Assembly: GCA_029240475.1 (NCBI GenBank)
Contig: JAREAF010000001.1
Span: 1-29,028, forward strand
Length of the DNA: 29,028 nt
Reading direction: 5' to 3'
Source of the DNA: Rhodospirillales bacterium
GTDB taxonomy: Bacteria; Pseudomonadota; Alphaproteobacteria; JAREAF01
Shown one piece after another: positions 17,536-26,874 of the stretch. Each line of letters begins with the position of its first letter. Positions within the stretch are counted from its first letter, which is position 1. The position numbers were made by a program, and so were the translations under genes. A model generated the notes under the pieces. It saw only the letters and a program-made list of their open reading frames with translations, was not told where the DNA came from and made no database searches.

Positions 17536-18651
17536 ATGGGCGAACGTGTGTTGATCACGGGTGGAGCCGGCTTCATCGGGTCCCACCTGGCGGACGAGCT
17601 GCTGGCCGCCGGTCGCGAGGTCCGCGTGCTGGACAACTTGACCGAGCAGGTTCACGGCGGCGCAGACAGGGCGCCGGATTACCTCTCGCCCGAAGTCGAG
17701 TTCGTTTCAGGGGATGTGCGCGATGCCGAGGCGGTGGCGCGCAGCCTCGCCGGCGTGGACGCGGTGGTCCATCTCGCGGCGCGCGTCGGCGTCGGCCAGA
17801 GCATGTACGAAATCGACGAGTATGTGGACACCAACGAGCGCGGCACCGCCGTGCTCCTCCAGGCGCTGATCGCGCGCCCGGTGCGCAAGCTGGTCGTGGC
17901 CTCCTCGATGAGCATCTATGGCGAGGGGCTCTATGCGAACGGCGGCGGCGCCCCTCGCGAGGACGTCGAGCGCACCCATGCCCAGCTGCAGGAGCATCGC
18001 TGGGATCCCGTCGACGAGCAGGGCCGGGCCCTGGCGCCGCTGCCGACGCCCGAGAGCAAGCGCCCGCAGCTGGCTTCGGTCTATGCCCTTTCCAAATTCG
18101 TGCAGGAGCGGATGTGCCTGGTGACCGGGCGCGCCTATGGGATCCCGACCATGGCGCTGCGGTTCTTCAACGTCTATGGCCCGCGGCAGGCGCTCTCCAA
18201 CCCCTATACGGGCGTGCTCGCCATTTTCGCCGCGCGGCTGCTGAACCAGAAGCGCCCGGTGATCTTCGAGGATGGGCTGCAGCAGCGCGACTTCGTGCAT
18301 GTGCAGGACATCGCCCGCGCCTGCCGGCTGGCGCTGGAGCGCGACTGCGCCGATGCGGTGGTCAACATCGGCAGCGGCGAGGCCTCGACCATTCTCCAGA
18401 TCGCCGAGCGGCTGGCGCTCGCATTGGGGCGCAACGACGTCGAGCCGGAGATCACGGGACAGTTTCGCGCCGGCGACATCCGGCACTGCTTCGCCGATAT
18501 CGGCCAAGCGCGCCGGCTGCTCGGTTACGAGCCGTCGGTGAAGCTCGATGACGGGTTGAAAGAGCTGACGGAATGGCTGGCCGGCCAGGCCGCCGAGGAC
18601 CGCTTCGATCAGGCCCGAAGCGAGCTGATGCAGCGCGGCCTATCCGCGTGA
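17536..18651 (+). CDS. NAD-dependent epimerase/dehydratase (extended SDR)
   Basis: MGERVLITGGAGFIGSHL, HLAARVGVGQS, ASSMSIYGEG, YALSK catalytic YxxxK, LRFFNVYGPRQ; start at ATG 17536. Confidence 0.93.
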   Translation: MGERVLITGGAGFIGSHLADELLAAGREVRVLDNLTEQVHGGADRAPDYLSPEVEFVSGDVRDAEAVARSLAGVDAVVHLAARVGVGQSMYEIDEYVDTNERGTAVLLQALIARPVRKLVVASSMSIYGEGLYANGGGAPREDVERTHAQLQEHRWDPVDEQGRALAPLPTPESKRPQLASVYALSKFVQERMCLVTGRAYGIPTMALRFFNVYGPRQALSNPYTGVLAIFAARLLNQKRPVIFEDGLQQRDFVHVQDIARACRLALERDCADAVVNIGSGEASTILQIAERLALALGRNDVEPEITGQFRAGDIRHCFADIGQARRLLGYEPSVKLDDGLKELTEWLAGQAAEDRFDQARSELMQRGLSA

Positions 18652-18674
18652 CTCCCCACGAAGGTGCCCCAGAG

Positions 18675-19781
18675 ATGATCTTCGCCTATTTCGCCCATTC
18701 GATCTCGTCGGACTGGAACAACGGGAACGCGCATTTCCAGCGCGGCGTCTTGCGCGAGCTGGTCCGCGCCGGTCATGCGGTGCGCGCCTTCGAGCCGGCC
18801 GACGGCTGGAGCAGGTCGAATCTCATCGCCGAGCAGGGCGAGGCGGCGCTGGAGCGCTTCGCCGCCAGCTTCCCCGAGCTATCGCCGATCGCATACGAGC
18901 CGGCGGCGCTGGATCTCGATCGCGCCCTCGACGGCGTCGATGTCGTCGTCGTGCATGAATGGAACCCGCCCGAGCTGGTCGCAGCCCTGGGGCAGAAGCG
19001 CCTGCGGGGCGGCCGCTTCAAGCTGCTCTTCCACGACACCCATCACCGGTCCGTCAGCGATCCGAAGGCGATCTCGGGCTACGACCTCGAAGGCTATGAC
19101 GGCGTGCTCGCCTTCGGGGAAGCCATTCGCGAGCGCTATCTCGCGCGCGGTTGGGCGCGCCGGGTATGGACCTGGCACGAGGCGGCCGACACGCGCCTGT
19201 TCCGGCCGATCGTCTCCCAGGAGCGATGGGGCGATGTCGTATGGATCGGCAACTGGGGCGATGACGAGCGCACGCGCGAGCTGCAGGAATTCTTCCTCGA
19301 GCCGGTCAAGGCGCTGCGGCTGCGGGCCCAGGTCCGCGGCGTGCGCTTCCCGCCCGAGGCGCTGGCCTCGCTCTCTCATGCCGGCGCGCGCTATGGCGGA
19401 TGGGTGGCCAATGCCGCGGTGCCCGATCTCTTCGCCCGCTTTCCGCTAACGGTGCACATCCCGCGGCGGCCCTACCGCGAAGCCCTTCCGGGCATTCCCA
19501 CGATCCGCGTCTTCGAGGCGCTGGCCTGCGGCATCCCGCTCATCTCGGCGCCCTGGGACGATGTGGAGCGCCTGTTCCGAGCCGAGGATTATCTCCTGGC
19601 CGCCGATGGGCTGGCGATGCAGCGGATGATGCGCGACCTGCTCTGCGACCGCCATCTGGCCGCCAGGTTCGCCAAGAACGGGCTGGAAACGATCCGCACC
19701 CGGCATACCTGCCGCCACCGGGCCGAGCAACTCTTGGCGATCTGCGCCGAACTGGACCTGCCGGAACGTTCAGCCGCCTGA
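18675..19781 (+). CDS. CgeB-family glycosyltransferase
   Basis: MIFAYFAHSISSDWNNGNAHFQRG, FHDTHHR, WIGNWGDDER, IRVFEALACGIPLISAPW; start at ATG 18675, 23 nt after the epimerase stop. Confidence 0.85.
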   Translation: MIFAYFAHSISSDWNNGNAHFQRGVLRELVRAGHAVRAFEPADGWSRSNLIAEQGEAALERFAASFPELSPIAYEPAALDLDRALDGVDVVVVHEWNPPELVAALGQKRLRGGRFKLLFHDTHHRSVSDPKAISGYDLEGYDGVLAFGEAIRERYLARGWARRVWTWHEAADTRLFRPIVSQERWGDVVWIGNWGDDERTRELQEFFLEPVKALRLRAQVRGVRFPPEALASLSHAGARYGGWVANAAVPDLFARFPLTVHIPRRPYREALPGIPTIRVFEALACGIPLISAPWDDVERLFRAEDYLLAADGLAMQRMMRDLLCDRHLAARFAKNGLETIRTRHTCRHRAEQLLAICAELDLPERSAA

Positions 19782-19819
19782 CTGGACCGCCTGACCGGAT
19801 TGAAGGCGCAAAATGCCGA

Positions 19820-19854
19820 GGGGGCGGAGCGATCCGAAGGATCGTCCGCCTCCC
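19820..19854. terminator. GC-rich hairpin between convergent genes, probable terminator
   Basis: GGGGGCGGA-G-CGATCC-GAA-GGATCG-TCCGCCTCCC; long stem with one bulge and only a weak U-tract. Confidence 0.5.
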
Positions 19855-19874
19855 GACATTCTGATCGGCCGACC

Positions 19875-20210
19875 TTACTGAGTCGTGGTGGTGGTCGTGC
19901 CGGTGGTCCCGGTGGTCCCAGTAGTCCCGGTGGTGCCGGTCGTCCCGGTGTCGCCGCCGGTCGTGCCGGTCGTGCCGGTGCCGGTGTCCGTCGTCGTGGT
20001 CGTCGTTCCGGTCGCACCGGTGGTCGTGTCGGTGGTCGTGCCAGTGGTGCCGGTGGTGGTGTTGGTGGTCGTGCCGGTCGTGCCTGTGTCGGTTGCACCG
20101 GTATTCTCGGCCGTGGTGTCGTTGTCGCCACAGGCCGCGAGCGGTCCCGCGACCGCCACGATCACGGCGGTGAGCAGCGACAACCGGCGCAGCGTTTCGA
20201 ATTTGGCCAA
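19875..20210 (-). CDS. Thr/Gly-rich low-complexity lipoprotein (111 aa)
   Basis: TTG start at 20210 with GGAGG RBS; signal MAKFETLRRLSLLTAVIVAVAGPLAA-C (lipobox LAAC); mature 85 aa almost entirely T/G/D. Confidence 0.8.
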   Translation of the reverse strand: MAKFETLRRLSLLTAVIVAVAGPLAACGDNDTTAENTGATDTGTTGTTTNTTTGTTGTTTDTTTGATGTTTTTTDTGTGTTGTTGGDTGTTGTTGTTGTTGTTGTTTTTTQ

Positions 20211-20258
20211 ACTACCCTCCTTGGGTCTGTTGGGTCGTCTATTGGCCCCCCGCGCGTG

Positions 20259-20283
20259 AACACGGGGCAACATTCGCAGTTGC
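20259..20283 (-). promoter_or_regulatory. EcfG-like promoter for the Thr-rich lipoprotein
   Basis: GCAAC-N16-TGTT ending 48 nt upstream of the TTG; core AAC/GTT and spacing kept, two mismatches. Confidence 0.45.
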
Positions 20284-20500
20284 GCGTGGGCAGGTGCCTT
20301 AATGCCGTCACAGTCGGCTTGCGCCGAGATGGTCTTGGTGAACGGGCGGCGGCTTAGATCAGGAGGGGCGGCTTATATACCCTTGGGTCTGTGACCGGGC
20401 GCGCCGGCTGCGATATGATTAGCGGCAAATCATCACATCCGGGCGGCTGCGGTTTCAGGTCCAGGCTGCGGCGCCTGAGACTCAAGGATCCAGCCCTGTC

Positions 20501-21304
20501 ATGAACGATCTCTCTCACGAAATCGCCCGACACCTGCCGTTCCTGCGCCGCTACGCGCGCGCCCTGACCGGGTCTCAGGAGCGGGGCGACCGTTACGTGC
20601 GGGTCTGCCTTGAGACCATCCTGGAGGAACCGGGGCGGATCGCGCCGGAAGAAGACCCCCGGCTCCAGCTGTACAGCGTTTTCCATGACGTATGGGCCGT
20701 GGTGCAATCGGTCGCTCCGGAGGATGAGGGCGAGGCCGGCGGTTCGGGCGGCGACAGTCTGCAGCAAGGCTTGGCGGCGTTGCCCGCCATCGAGCGGCAG
20801 GTGCTCCTGCTGATCTCGCTCGAGGGCTTCTCCTACGAGGAGACGGCGCAGATCCTGGGGCTCGAGCGCGACGAGGTGCGGCTGCTGCTGCACGCCGCGC
20901 AGGAGGAGATGCAGCGCCAGACGGCCGCTTCGGTGCTGATCATCGAAGACGAGCAGCTGATCGCCATGGACCTGGCGCGCATCGTCGAGGAGATGGGCCA
21001 CCGCTTGTGCGGCACCGCCGCGCGCCAGCAGGAGGCGATCGAGCTCGCCGAGCGGACCCGGCCCGGCCTGGTGCTGGCCGACATACAGCTGCAGAACGGC
21101 GACAACGGCATCCAGACCGTCCGCGAGATCCTGCGGCGGATCGACGCGCCCGTGATCTTCGTCACCGGCTTTCCCGAACGGCTCCTCACCGGCGAAGCGC
21201 TCGAGCCGGCCTTCGTCATCACCAAGCCATTCAACCCGCAGACCCTGAAGACGGCGATCGCGCAGGCGCTCTCGCTCTCGCGCGATCCGGCCCGACAGAG
21301 GTAG
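20501..21304 (+). CDS. phyR: PhyR anti-anti-sigma response regulator of the general stress response
   Basis: N-terminal sigma-like domain HLPFLRRYARALTGSQERGD...RQVLLLISLEGFS, C-terminal REC VLIIEDE...LVLADIQL...VIFVTGFPERLLTG...ITKPF. Confidence 0.95.
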   Translation: MNDLSHEIARHLPFLRRYARALTGSQERGDRYVRVCLETILEEPGRIAPEEDPRLQLYSVFHDVWAVVQSVAPEDEGEAGGSGGDSLQQGLAALPAIERQVLLLISLEGFSYEETAQILGLERDEVRLLLHAAQEEMQRQTAASVLIIEDEQLIAMDLARIVEEMGHRLCGTAARQQEAIELAERTRPGLVLADIQLQNGDNGIQTVREILRRIDAPVIFVTGFPERLLTGEALEPAFVITKPFNPQTLKTAIAQALSLSRDPARQR

Positions 21305-21340
21305 CCTCGCGGAGCTCTTCGCTTCCGAGGGTCCCGCCTG

Positions 21341-21682
21341 GTGTCGACCGACGATCGGCTGCCCACCGAGATCTGGGTCAAGGCGCATCTGCGGCGCTGC
21401 TACGCGGAGGGCCTGCCCGCGACCATCCTGCGCCGCGGCGATGCGACCGGCGGAATGGTGCTGCTCAAGATCAACCGCCTGGAGCTGGGCTGCGCGGTGC
21501 TGACCCAGACGCGCGACCTGGCGGGCCGGCCCGCCTGGCTCGCCGCGCAGGGCGGCGCCCTCCTGCCCGAAGCGGATGCGGACGCCTACATAGAACGGGC
21601 GGTCAAGCGCGATCCGGACCTGTGGGTGGTCGAGGTCGAGAGTCGCAGCGGCGAGCACCCGTTCGAGGGGCGCGTTCTCTGA
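21341..21682 (+). CDS. DUF1491-family protein
   Basis: RLPTEIWVKAHLRR...ILRRGDATGG...YIERAVKRDPDLWVVEVES. Confidence 0.85.
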   Translation: MSTDDRLPTEIWVKAHLRRCYAEGLPATILRRGDATGGMVLLKINRLELGCAVLTQTRDLAGRPAWLAAQGGALLPEADADAYIERAVKRDPDLWVVEVESRSGEHPFEGRVL

Positions 21683-21683
21683 G

Positions 21684-22466
21684 CTATTCCCACGGCGATC
21701 GCCGGTCTCTGGGCCGATAGCGGACCTCGGGGAGGTGGCTGCGCCGGCCGGGCGGGCGCACTTCCCACGGCGTGGAATGCGACGGCTCCAGCAGATGCAC
21801 CTCCCGCCGCTTGAAGAACGGGGTCAGCGCCATGCCGGCCACGAAGCCACCGATATGCGCCCAGAAGGCGACGCCGCCACCCTCTTCGCTCATCGGCATG
21901 GCGGCCCCGCTCACGATCTGCAAAACGAACCAGAGACCGAGCACCAGCGCCGCAGGTAGGTTTATGATCCGCACGAAGAAGAAGATGATCACCACGCGCA
22001 CATTGGCGCGCGGATGCATGATGAGGTAGGAGCCGAGCACGCCGGCGATGGCGCCGCTGGCGCCGACCATGGGCACCTGCGACTGCGGCGCATAGATGCT
22101 CTGAGCCAGCGCCGCCCCGATCCCGCACAGCAAGTAGAAGATCAGGTAGCGCGGGCGCGTCATGGAGTCTTCGACGTTATTCCCGAAGATCCAGAGATAG
22201 AGCATGTTGCCGCCGAGATGCAGCCAGCCTCCATGCAGGAACATGGAGGTGAAGACCGTCGCCCAGGGCGGCACCAGCGCGATCTCGGGCGCAAGCTCGG
22301 CATAGCCGAAGAGCGAGGCGGGAATGACGCCGAGCGCGAAGATGATCTGGTCGCCGAGCGGGCCCAGCGACAGCTGCCAGAGAAATGCGAGCACGCAGGC
22401 GGCGATCAGCGCCCAGGTCACGATCGGCGGGCGCCCTACCGGATTGTCGTCGGAAATCGGAAACAT
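21684..22466 (-). CDS. Rhomboid-family intramembrane serine protease
   Basis: MFPISDDNP, SMFLHGGWLHLGGNMLYLWIFGNNVED, catalytic GASGAI and VAFWAHIGGF. Confidence 0.93.
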   Translation of the reverse strand: MFPISDDNPVGRPPIVTWALIAACVLAFLWQLSLGPLGDQIIFALGVIPASLFGYAELAPEIALVPPWATVFTSMFLHGGWLHLGGNMLYLWIFGNNVEDSMTRPRYLIFYLLCGIGAALAQSIYAPQSQVPMVGASGAIAGVLGSYLIMHPRANVRVVIIFFFVRIINLPAALVLGLWFVLQIVSGAAMPMSEEGGGVAFWAHIGGFVAGMALTPFFKRREVHLLEPSHSTPWEVRPPGRRSHLPEVRYRPRDRRSPWE

Positions 22467-22472
22467 GCTCGG

Positions 22473-23228
22473 CTAGTCGCGGTAGCCGGGGTCAGTGCGG
22501 TCGAGCTGGCGCAGGAGCGCGCGCCACTCGCGCGTCCCGGCGGGCTCGTCGTCCTGTTCATACTGCCGCGCCGTCTTTTCGCAGACCTCGGGAGCGGGAA
22601 TAACCAGCTCGCGTCCGGTGGAGAGCGCCGCGATCTGGATCTCGCAGGCGCGCTCCAGGTAGAACATGAGGCTGAAGGCTTCCGGCACGCTCTCGCCCGC
22701 GGTGAGCAAGCCGTGATTGCGCAGGATCATCGCCTTGCGCATTCCCAGATCGCTGGCGAGCCGGTCGCGCTCGTCCAGGTCGAGCGCGATGCCTTCGTAA
22801 TCGTGATAGGCCACGCGATCGTAGAACTGCAGCGCGATCTGCGAGATCGGCAGCAGTCCCTCGCGCATCGAAGCGACGGCGATCCCGGCCCGGGTATGGG
22901 TGTGCAGAACGCAGTGGACGTCCGGCCGCGCGCGGTGGATCGCGCTGTGGATGGTGAAGCCGGCCGGGTTCACCTGATGAGGCGTGTCCTCGACGACCCG
23001 GCCGTCGATGTCGACGCGCACCAGGTTGGAGGCGCTCACCTCCTCGAACAACAAGCCGTACGGGTTCAGCAGGAAGTGCTCGGTTCCAGGAATGCGCGCG
23101 GAGATATGCGTATAGACCAGGTCGGTCATCCGCATTTGCGCGATCAGCCGATAGCAGGCGGCGAGCTCGATGCGCGCTGCGCGCTCCTCGACGGTCCAGC
23201 GGCGGGCGGCTGCGGTCAGGGCGGCCAT
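22473..23228 (-). CDS. Class II aldolase/adducin-family protein
   Basis: YTHISARIPG, NPYGLLFEEV.ASNL, GFTIHSAIH, VLHTHT, LRNHGLLTAG; start ATG 23228 with AGGAG RBS. Confidence 0.92.
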   Translation of the reverse strand: MAALTAAARRWTVEERAARIELAACYRLIAQMRMTDLVYTHISARIPGTEHFLLNPYGLLFEEVSASNLVRVDIDGRVVEDTPHQVNPAGFTIHSAIHRARPDVHCVLHTHTRAGIAVASMREGLLPISQIALQFYDRVAYHDYEGIALDLDERDRLASDLGMRKAMILRNHGLLTAGESVPEAFSLMFYLERACEIQIAALSTGRELVIPAPEVCEKTARQYEQDDEPAGTREWRALLRQLDRTDPGYRD

Positions 23229-23293
23229 GTCGATGCTCCTTCCGAACGGTTCCCGCGACCCTAGCCGATCGGCCGCGCTCCCGCGAGCCGGCG

Positions 23294-23470
23294 CTATACG
23301 CCCGGCCAGGCGATTACGATCCAGCCGAACCAGATAAGCCCGATCCAGACCGCCAGCACCACAATGAGGCCGGTCAGCGGCCAATAGCCCCAGGCGCGCG
23401 CGAACGGGAACCAGGGCCCGGAGAGGACGAGCGCAACGACGAGAGCGACAAGGACGGCGGTGCCGAGCAT
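23294..23470 (-). CDS. Small two-TM membrane protein, DUF3309-like (58 aa)
   Basis: MLGTAVLVALVVALVLSGPWFPFARAWGYWPLTGLIVVLAVWIGLIWFG; the P-x-x-P-x-x-R-x-WGY-x-P linker resembles DUF3309. Alternative start at 23512. Confidence 0.55.
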   Translation of the reverse strand: MLGTAVLVALVVALVLSGPWFPFARAWGYWPLTGLIVVLAVWIGLIWFGWIVIAWPGV

Positions 23471-23501
23471 GGACGGATCCGTTGCGGCGATCACCGCCAG
23501 C

Positions 23502-23527
23502 AACGGCGGCATTGAGGCGGACGTTCG
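23502..23527 (-). promoter_or_regulatory. EcfG-like promoter for the DUF3309-like gene
   Basis: CGAAC-N17-CGTT ending 31 nt upstream of ATG 23470; one mismatch. Confidence 0.5.
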
Positions 23528-23538
23528 CGCGCCGCCCT

Positions 23539-24306
23539 TTAGCGCTCCGCCGCGCGCCTGCGGGCCGCCTCGCCCAAGGCGCGGTAGAGCTTCATCGAGA
23601 AGGGGTTGGCGGCGGCCTTGTATTCGGGGTGCCATTGCACGCCAAGCGCCAAGCTGGGCGCTTGGGCGACCCGCACCGCCTCGATTGTGCCGTCCGGAGC
23701 ATGGCCCTCCGCCACCAGCCCGGGCGCCAGCCGGTCGATGCCCTGGCGGTGCAGCGAATTGACCCAGACCTCGCCCGCTCCGGCGATCCGCTCGAAAGCT
23801 CCGCCCGGAATGAAGCGCACCGGATGGCGCGGCCCGTAGCGCAAATCGAGGTCCTCCTCCTGCGGAGCGCGGTGATCGTGACGCCCCTCCAGCGCATGGA
23901 CTTCGGCATGCAGGGTGCCGCCGAGCGCCACGTTCAGCTCCTGAAAGCCGCGGCAGATCGCCAGCAGCGGAATCCCTCGCTCGAGCGCCGCGTGGATGAG
24001 CGGGAAGGTGGTGGCGTCCCGCGCCTCGTCGTAAGGCTCGGCGGCCGCATGCGGCTCCACGCCGTACCGGCTTGGATGGACGTTGGAGAGGCTGCCGGTC
24101 AGCACGACGCCATCAACGCGCTCCAGCAAGGAACGAAGGTCGAGCGCTTCGCCGAGCGCGGGCACGATCACCGGGGTGGCCGCCGCGCCCACGGCGATCG
24201 CCGTCAGATATTTCTCGCCGACGGCATGGGTGGGATGGCCACCCGCGGCTTTCAGGCAGGCCGAGACGGCGATCAGCGGGGCGGCGTCGCTCATGCGGGC
24301 CATCAT
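23539..24306 (-). CDS. Gamma-glutamyl-gamma-aminobutyrate hydrolase-like (PuuD / peptidase C26) amidohydrolase
   Basis: DGVVLTGSLSNVHP, nucleophile LAICRGFQELNV, NSLHRQGI, VQWHPE; start at 24306, 24303 or 24294. Confidence 0.9.
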   Translation of the reverse strand: MMARMSDAAPLIAVSACLKAAGGHPTHAVGEKYLTAIAVGAAATPVIVPALGEALDLRSLLERVDGVVLTGSLSNVHPSRYGVEPHAAAEPYDEARDATTFPLIHAALERGIPLLAICRGFQELNVALGGTLHAEVHALEGRHDHRAPQEEDLDLRYGPRHPVRFIPGGAFERIAGAGEVWVNSLHRQGIDRLAPGLVAEGHAPDGTIEAVRVAQAPSLALGVQWHPEYKAAANPFSMKLYRALGEAARRRAAER

Positions 24307-24337
24307 AGGAGATGCCGCCGGTTGCGCGCCATCCAGG

Positions 24338-25237
24338 TCATCCTTCCCGGCCTTGTTGCGCCCGGATCAGCTCGGCAAAGCCGAACAGCAGCAGCAGGAT
24401 GCCGGCGATCACCTCGATCGCGGCCACCATGCGCACCGAGTTGTCGATGGGCAGGATGTCGCCATAGCCGACGGTCGCCATGGTGGAGACGGAGAAATAG
24501 AGGCTCTCGGCAAAGCCCATCGGGCGCGCCTGGCCGGAGACGGAGAACTGCGCCCCCGGCTGAATCCGGTCGATCAGGATGTACAGAGCCGCGAAGACGA
24601 TGATCACGAGCGAGTAGACGCTGAAGAACGCGAACACCGGCACGGCCATCCGCGCGAGGTTGCGAAAGAAGATCTCAAACAGGGAGCCGGTCTCGAGGAG
24701 GAAGAGCGCGATCTGCTCCACGTTCCAGATGACCGCCACGGAGATCGCCGCCATCGACAGCAGCAGCGCCAGCCCGAGCCAGCCGGGGGCGATCAGGTCG
24801 GGCAGCGCGAAGGTGAAGGCGCCGATCGCCACGATCGGCACGAGCCAGGCGATGCCGATCGCTTCCTGGCGTTCCGGACGCCGGCGCTGCTCGGCCAGAT
24901 GCCGGATGCTCTGCCGCTGGACGGCGCAGCCGGCGGCGAAGGCCAGGATGGGCAGCACGAATGCGACCGCCTCCACGGCGGGGTCGACCGGCGCGAAGTT
25001 GGCCTCCACGAAAAAGACGAAGAGACAGGCATAGACCGTCAGGAGATTGGCCAAGGCGAGCGCGAACAGGCCGGCGCCCGGAAACAGTCTGCGGAAGAGC
25101 GCGACCGGCAGCAGGATCCCCCCGAGCAGCACGGCCGCGAACCAGCGCGAGAACCCGGTCAGGGCGGCGGCGATCAGCAGCACGAAGCTCGCGGTGGCGA
25201 CGATCTCGCGCAGCTGGATGCGCCGTGGGGACCTCAT
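24338..25237 (-). CDS. Potassium channel family protein (pore domain at C-terminus)
   Basis: Several N-terminal TMs followed by [19 protein letters not shown] (TVGYG filter) and a final TM; ATG overlaps the upstream stop (ATGA). Confidence 0.85.
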   Translation of the reverse strand: MRSPRRIQLREIVATASFVLLIAAALTGFSRWFAAVLLGGILLPVALFRRLFPGAGLFALALANLLTVYACLFVFFVEANFAPVDPAVEAVAFVLPILAFAAGCAVQRQSIRHLAEQRRRPERQEAIGIAWLVPIVAIGAFTFALPDLIAPGWLGLALLLSMAAISVAVIWNVEQIALFLLETGSLFEIFFRNLARMAVPVFAFFSVYSLVIIVFAALYILIDRIQPGAQFSVSGQARPMGFAESLYFSVSTMATVGYGDILPIDNSVRMVAAIEVIAGILLLLFGFAELIRAQQGREG

Positions 25238-25605
25238 CGCCGCCGCCAGGCGGCCGAGGCCGTCAGGGCCAACCAGCCGGCAATGAGAGCCATTCCGCCG
25301 AACGGCGCTATTCCTGCCGGCATGCCGAGCCCAAGGCCCCGCATGCCCAAGGTACCGCTGAACAGAATGAGTCCCGCCAGGAACGCGATACCGGCAAGCT
25401 GCGGCAAGGCTCCGCCCCTGCGGTCGGCGAGCCAGGCGGTCGCCGCCAGGGCCGGCGCGTGAAGCAGCAGAAACTCGGCCGCACGTCCGGCCAGGTCGGG
25501 AGCGGGGAGCCCCTGATGGGCGGCCGCCGCGGCCATCGCCACTCCTGCAGCGCCGGCCAGGCCGGCCGCCGCAAGCCAGATCCGCGCGGCGGCAGCCATC
25601 GGCAT
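25234..25605 (-). CDS. DUF423-family small membrane protein
   Basis: [44 protein letters not shown]; start at 25605 or 25599. Confidence 0.8.
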   Translation of the reverse strand: MPMAAAARIWLAAAGLAGAAGVAMAAAAAHQGLPAPDLAGRAAEFLLLHAPALAATAWLADRRGGALPQLAGIAFLAGLILFSGTLGMRGLGLGMPAGIAPFGGMALIAGWLALTASAAWRRR

Positions 25606-25609
25606 CGCC

Positions 25610-26791
25610 TCAGCCGCGATGGTCCTGGCTGGCGACCAGCCGCTCGGCCACCTCGGCCATCTTCTCGGCCGGCAGATTGGCGAAGGCGAGCCGCAGGGCG
25701 CCCTCCTGGCCCGGCCCGAAGATCGTGCCCGGCAGGCAGAGCAGGTTGTGGCGGTCGGCCAGACGCCGCGCGACGGCGGAAGCGACCTCGCCCGCGAAGG
25801 GATGGCGCACCCAGGCGAAGAAGGCGCCCGCGCTGATGAGCTGGTATTCGAGCGCATTCGCCCGGAACGCGGCGCGCAGCGCCTCCAGGCGCTCGAGCAT
25901 CATGCGCCGTTTCTCCTCGCGCCAGGGCGCAAGCCGCTCGATGCCGAACAGCGCCGCCTCCTGGCCGATATGGGGCGCGCAGATCGCCACGCAGTCCATC
26001 GCCTTGGCCACCGCATCGAGCAGCGGCCGGCCCGCCGCGATCGAGCCGACGCGATAGCCGGTCAGGCTGTAGGCCTTCGAGAAGCTGTAGAGCTGGACCA
26101 GCGTTTGCGGCCAGTCCCGATCCTGGAACAGGGCGTGCGCGGGCGCGCCGCTCGCGCGGAAATCCTTGTAGGTCTCGTCCAGCACGAGCGCGATCCCGCG
26201 CCGCTGCGCGAGGCGGTAGAAGGCTTGGATCAACTCGGCCGGATAGGTCGCTCCGGTCGGGTTGTTGGGGCTGATCAGCACGATGGCGCGCGTGCGCGGG
26301 GTGATCCGGCGCGCGGCCTCGTCCGGATTGGGCAGCGCGTCGCCCGCGCCCACCGGCAGCGGCACGAGCGAGACGCCGAGCATCTCCAGCCACATCTGAT
26401 AGTTGAAGTAGAAGGGCAGTGGCAGGATCACCTCGTCGCCTGCGCGTGCGAGCGCCTGCGCGACGAGGCAGAAGGCCTGATTGCACCCCGCAGTGACGCC
26501 GATCTGCTCGGCGGCGATGTTGCCTCGATAATCCTGGCCGAGATGCGCGGCGAGCGCGGCGCGCAAATCCGCGCGCCCGAGGATGTCGGTATAGAAGGCG
26601 GTCTCGGGGCGCTGCACCGCCGCGGCCAAGTGGCGCGTCAGCGCCTCGGCCGGTGGATAGCTCGGCACCGCCTGCGCGCAATCGAGCAGCGGACGGTCGG
26701 CCGGGAACACCCGCCCGCGAATCCAGGACTGCGCCTCGGCGATCGGCGCCGCGGCGACGCTTTCGACCAGGGGGTTGAGGCGGTAAGCCAT
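25610..26791 (-). CDS. PLP-dependent class I/II aminotransferase
   Basis: [24 protein letters not shown]-lysine motif [15 protein letters not shown]; start ATG 26791 (MAYRLNP). Confidence 0.93.
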   Translation of the reverse strand: MAYRLNPLVESVAAAPIAEAQSWIRGRVFPADRPLLDCAQAVPSYPPAEALTRHLAAAVQRPETAFYTDILGRADLRAALAAHLGQDYRGNIAAEQIGVTAGCNQAFCLVAQALARAGDEVILPLPFYFNYQMWLEMLGVSLVPLPVGAGDALPNPDEAARRITPRTRAIVLISPNNPTGATYPAELIQAFYRLAQRRGIALVLDETYKDFRASGAPAHALFQDRDWPQTLVQLYSFSKAYSLTGYRVGSIAAGRPLLDAVAKAMDCVAICAPHIGQEAALFGIERLAPWREEKRRMMLERLEALRAAFRANALEYQLISAGAFFAWVRHPFAGEVASAVARRLADRHNLLCLPGTIFGPGQEGALRLAFANLPAEKMAEVAERLVASQDHRG

Positions 26792-26874
26792 GACGGGGCG
26801 AGCCTTCGACAAGGGCCGTGATCGGCCGCGGCGAGGCTTGCACCCTCGTTCCGCGCCTGTCAACGCGCCAGGGG

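Noticed and set aside
19878-19950. Collagen-like interpretation of the (GTT)n run
   Set aside because: Only six uninterrupted Gly-X-Y triplets, no Pro and no trimerisation domain; too short for a stable triple helix.
19885-20259. Val/Pro-rich plus-strand ORF and overlapping Arg/Gly/Pro-rich ORFs
   Set aside because: Shadow frames of the Thr/Gly lipoprotein, which has the RBS and lipobox.
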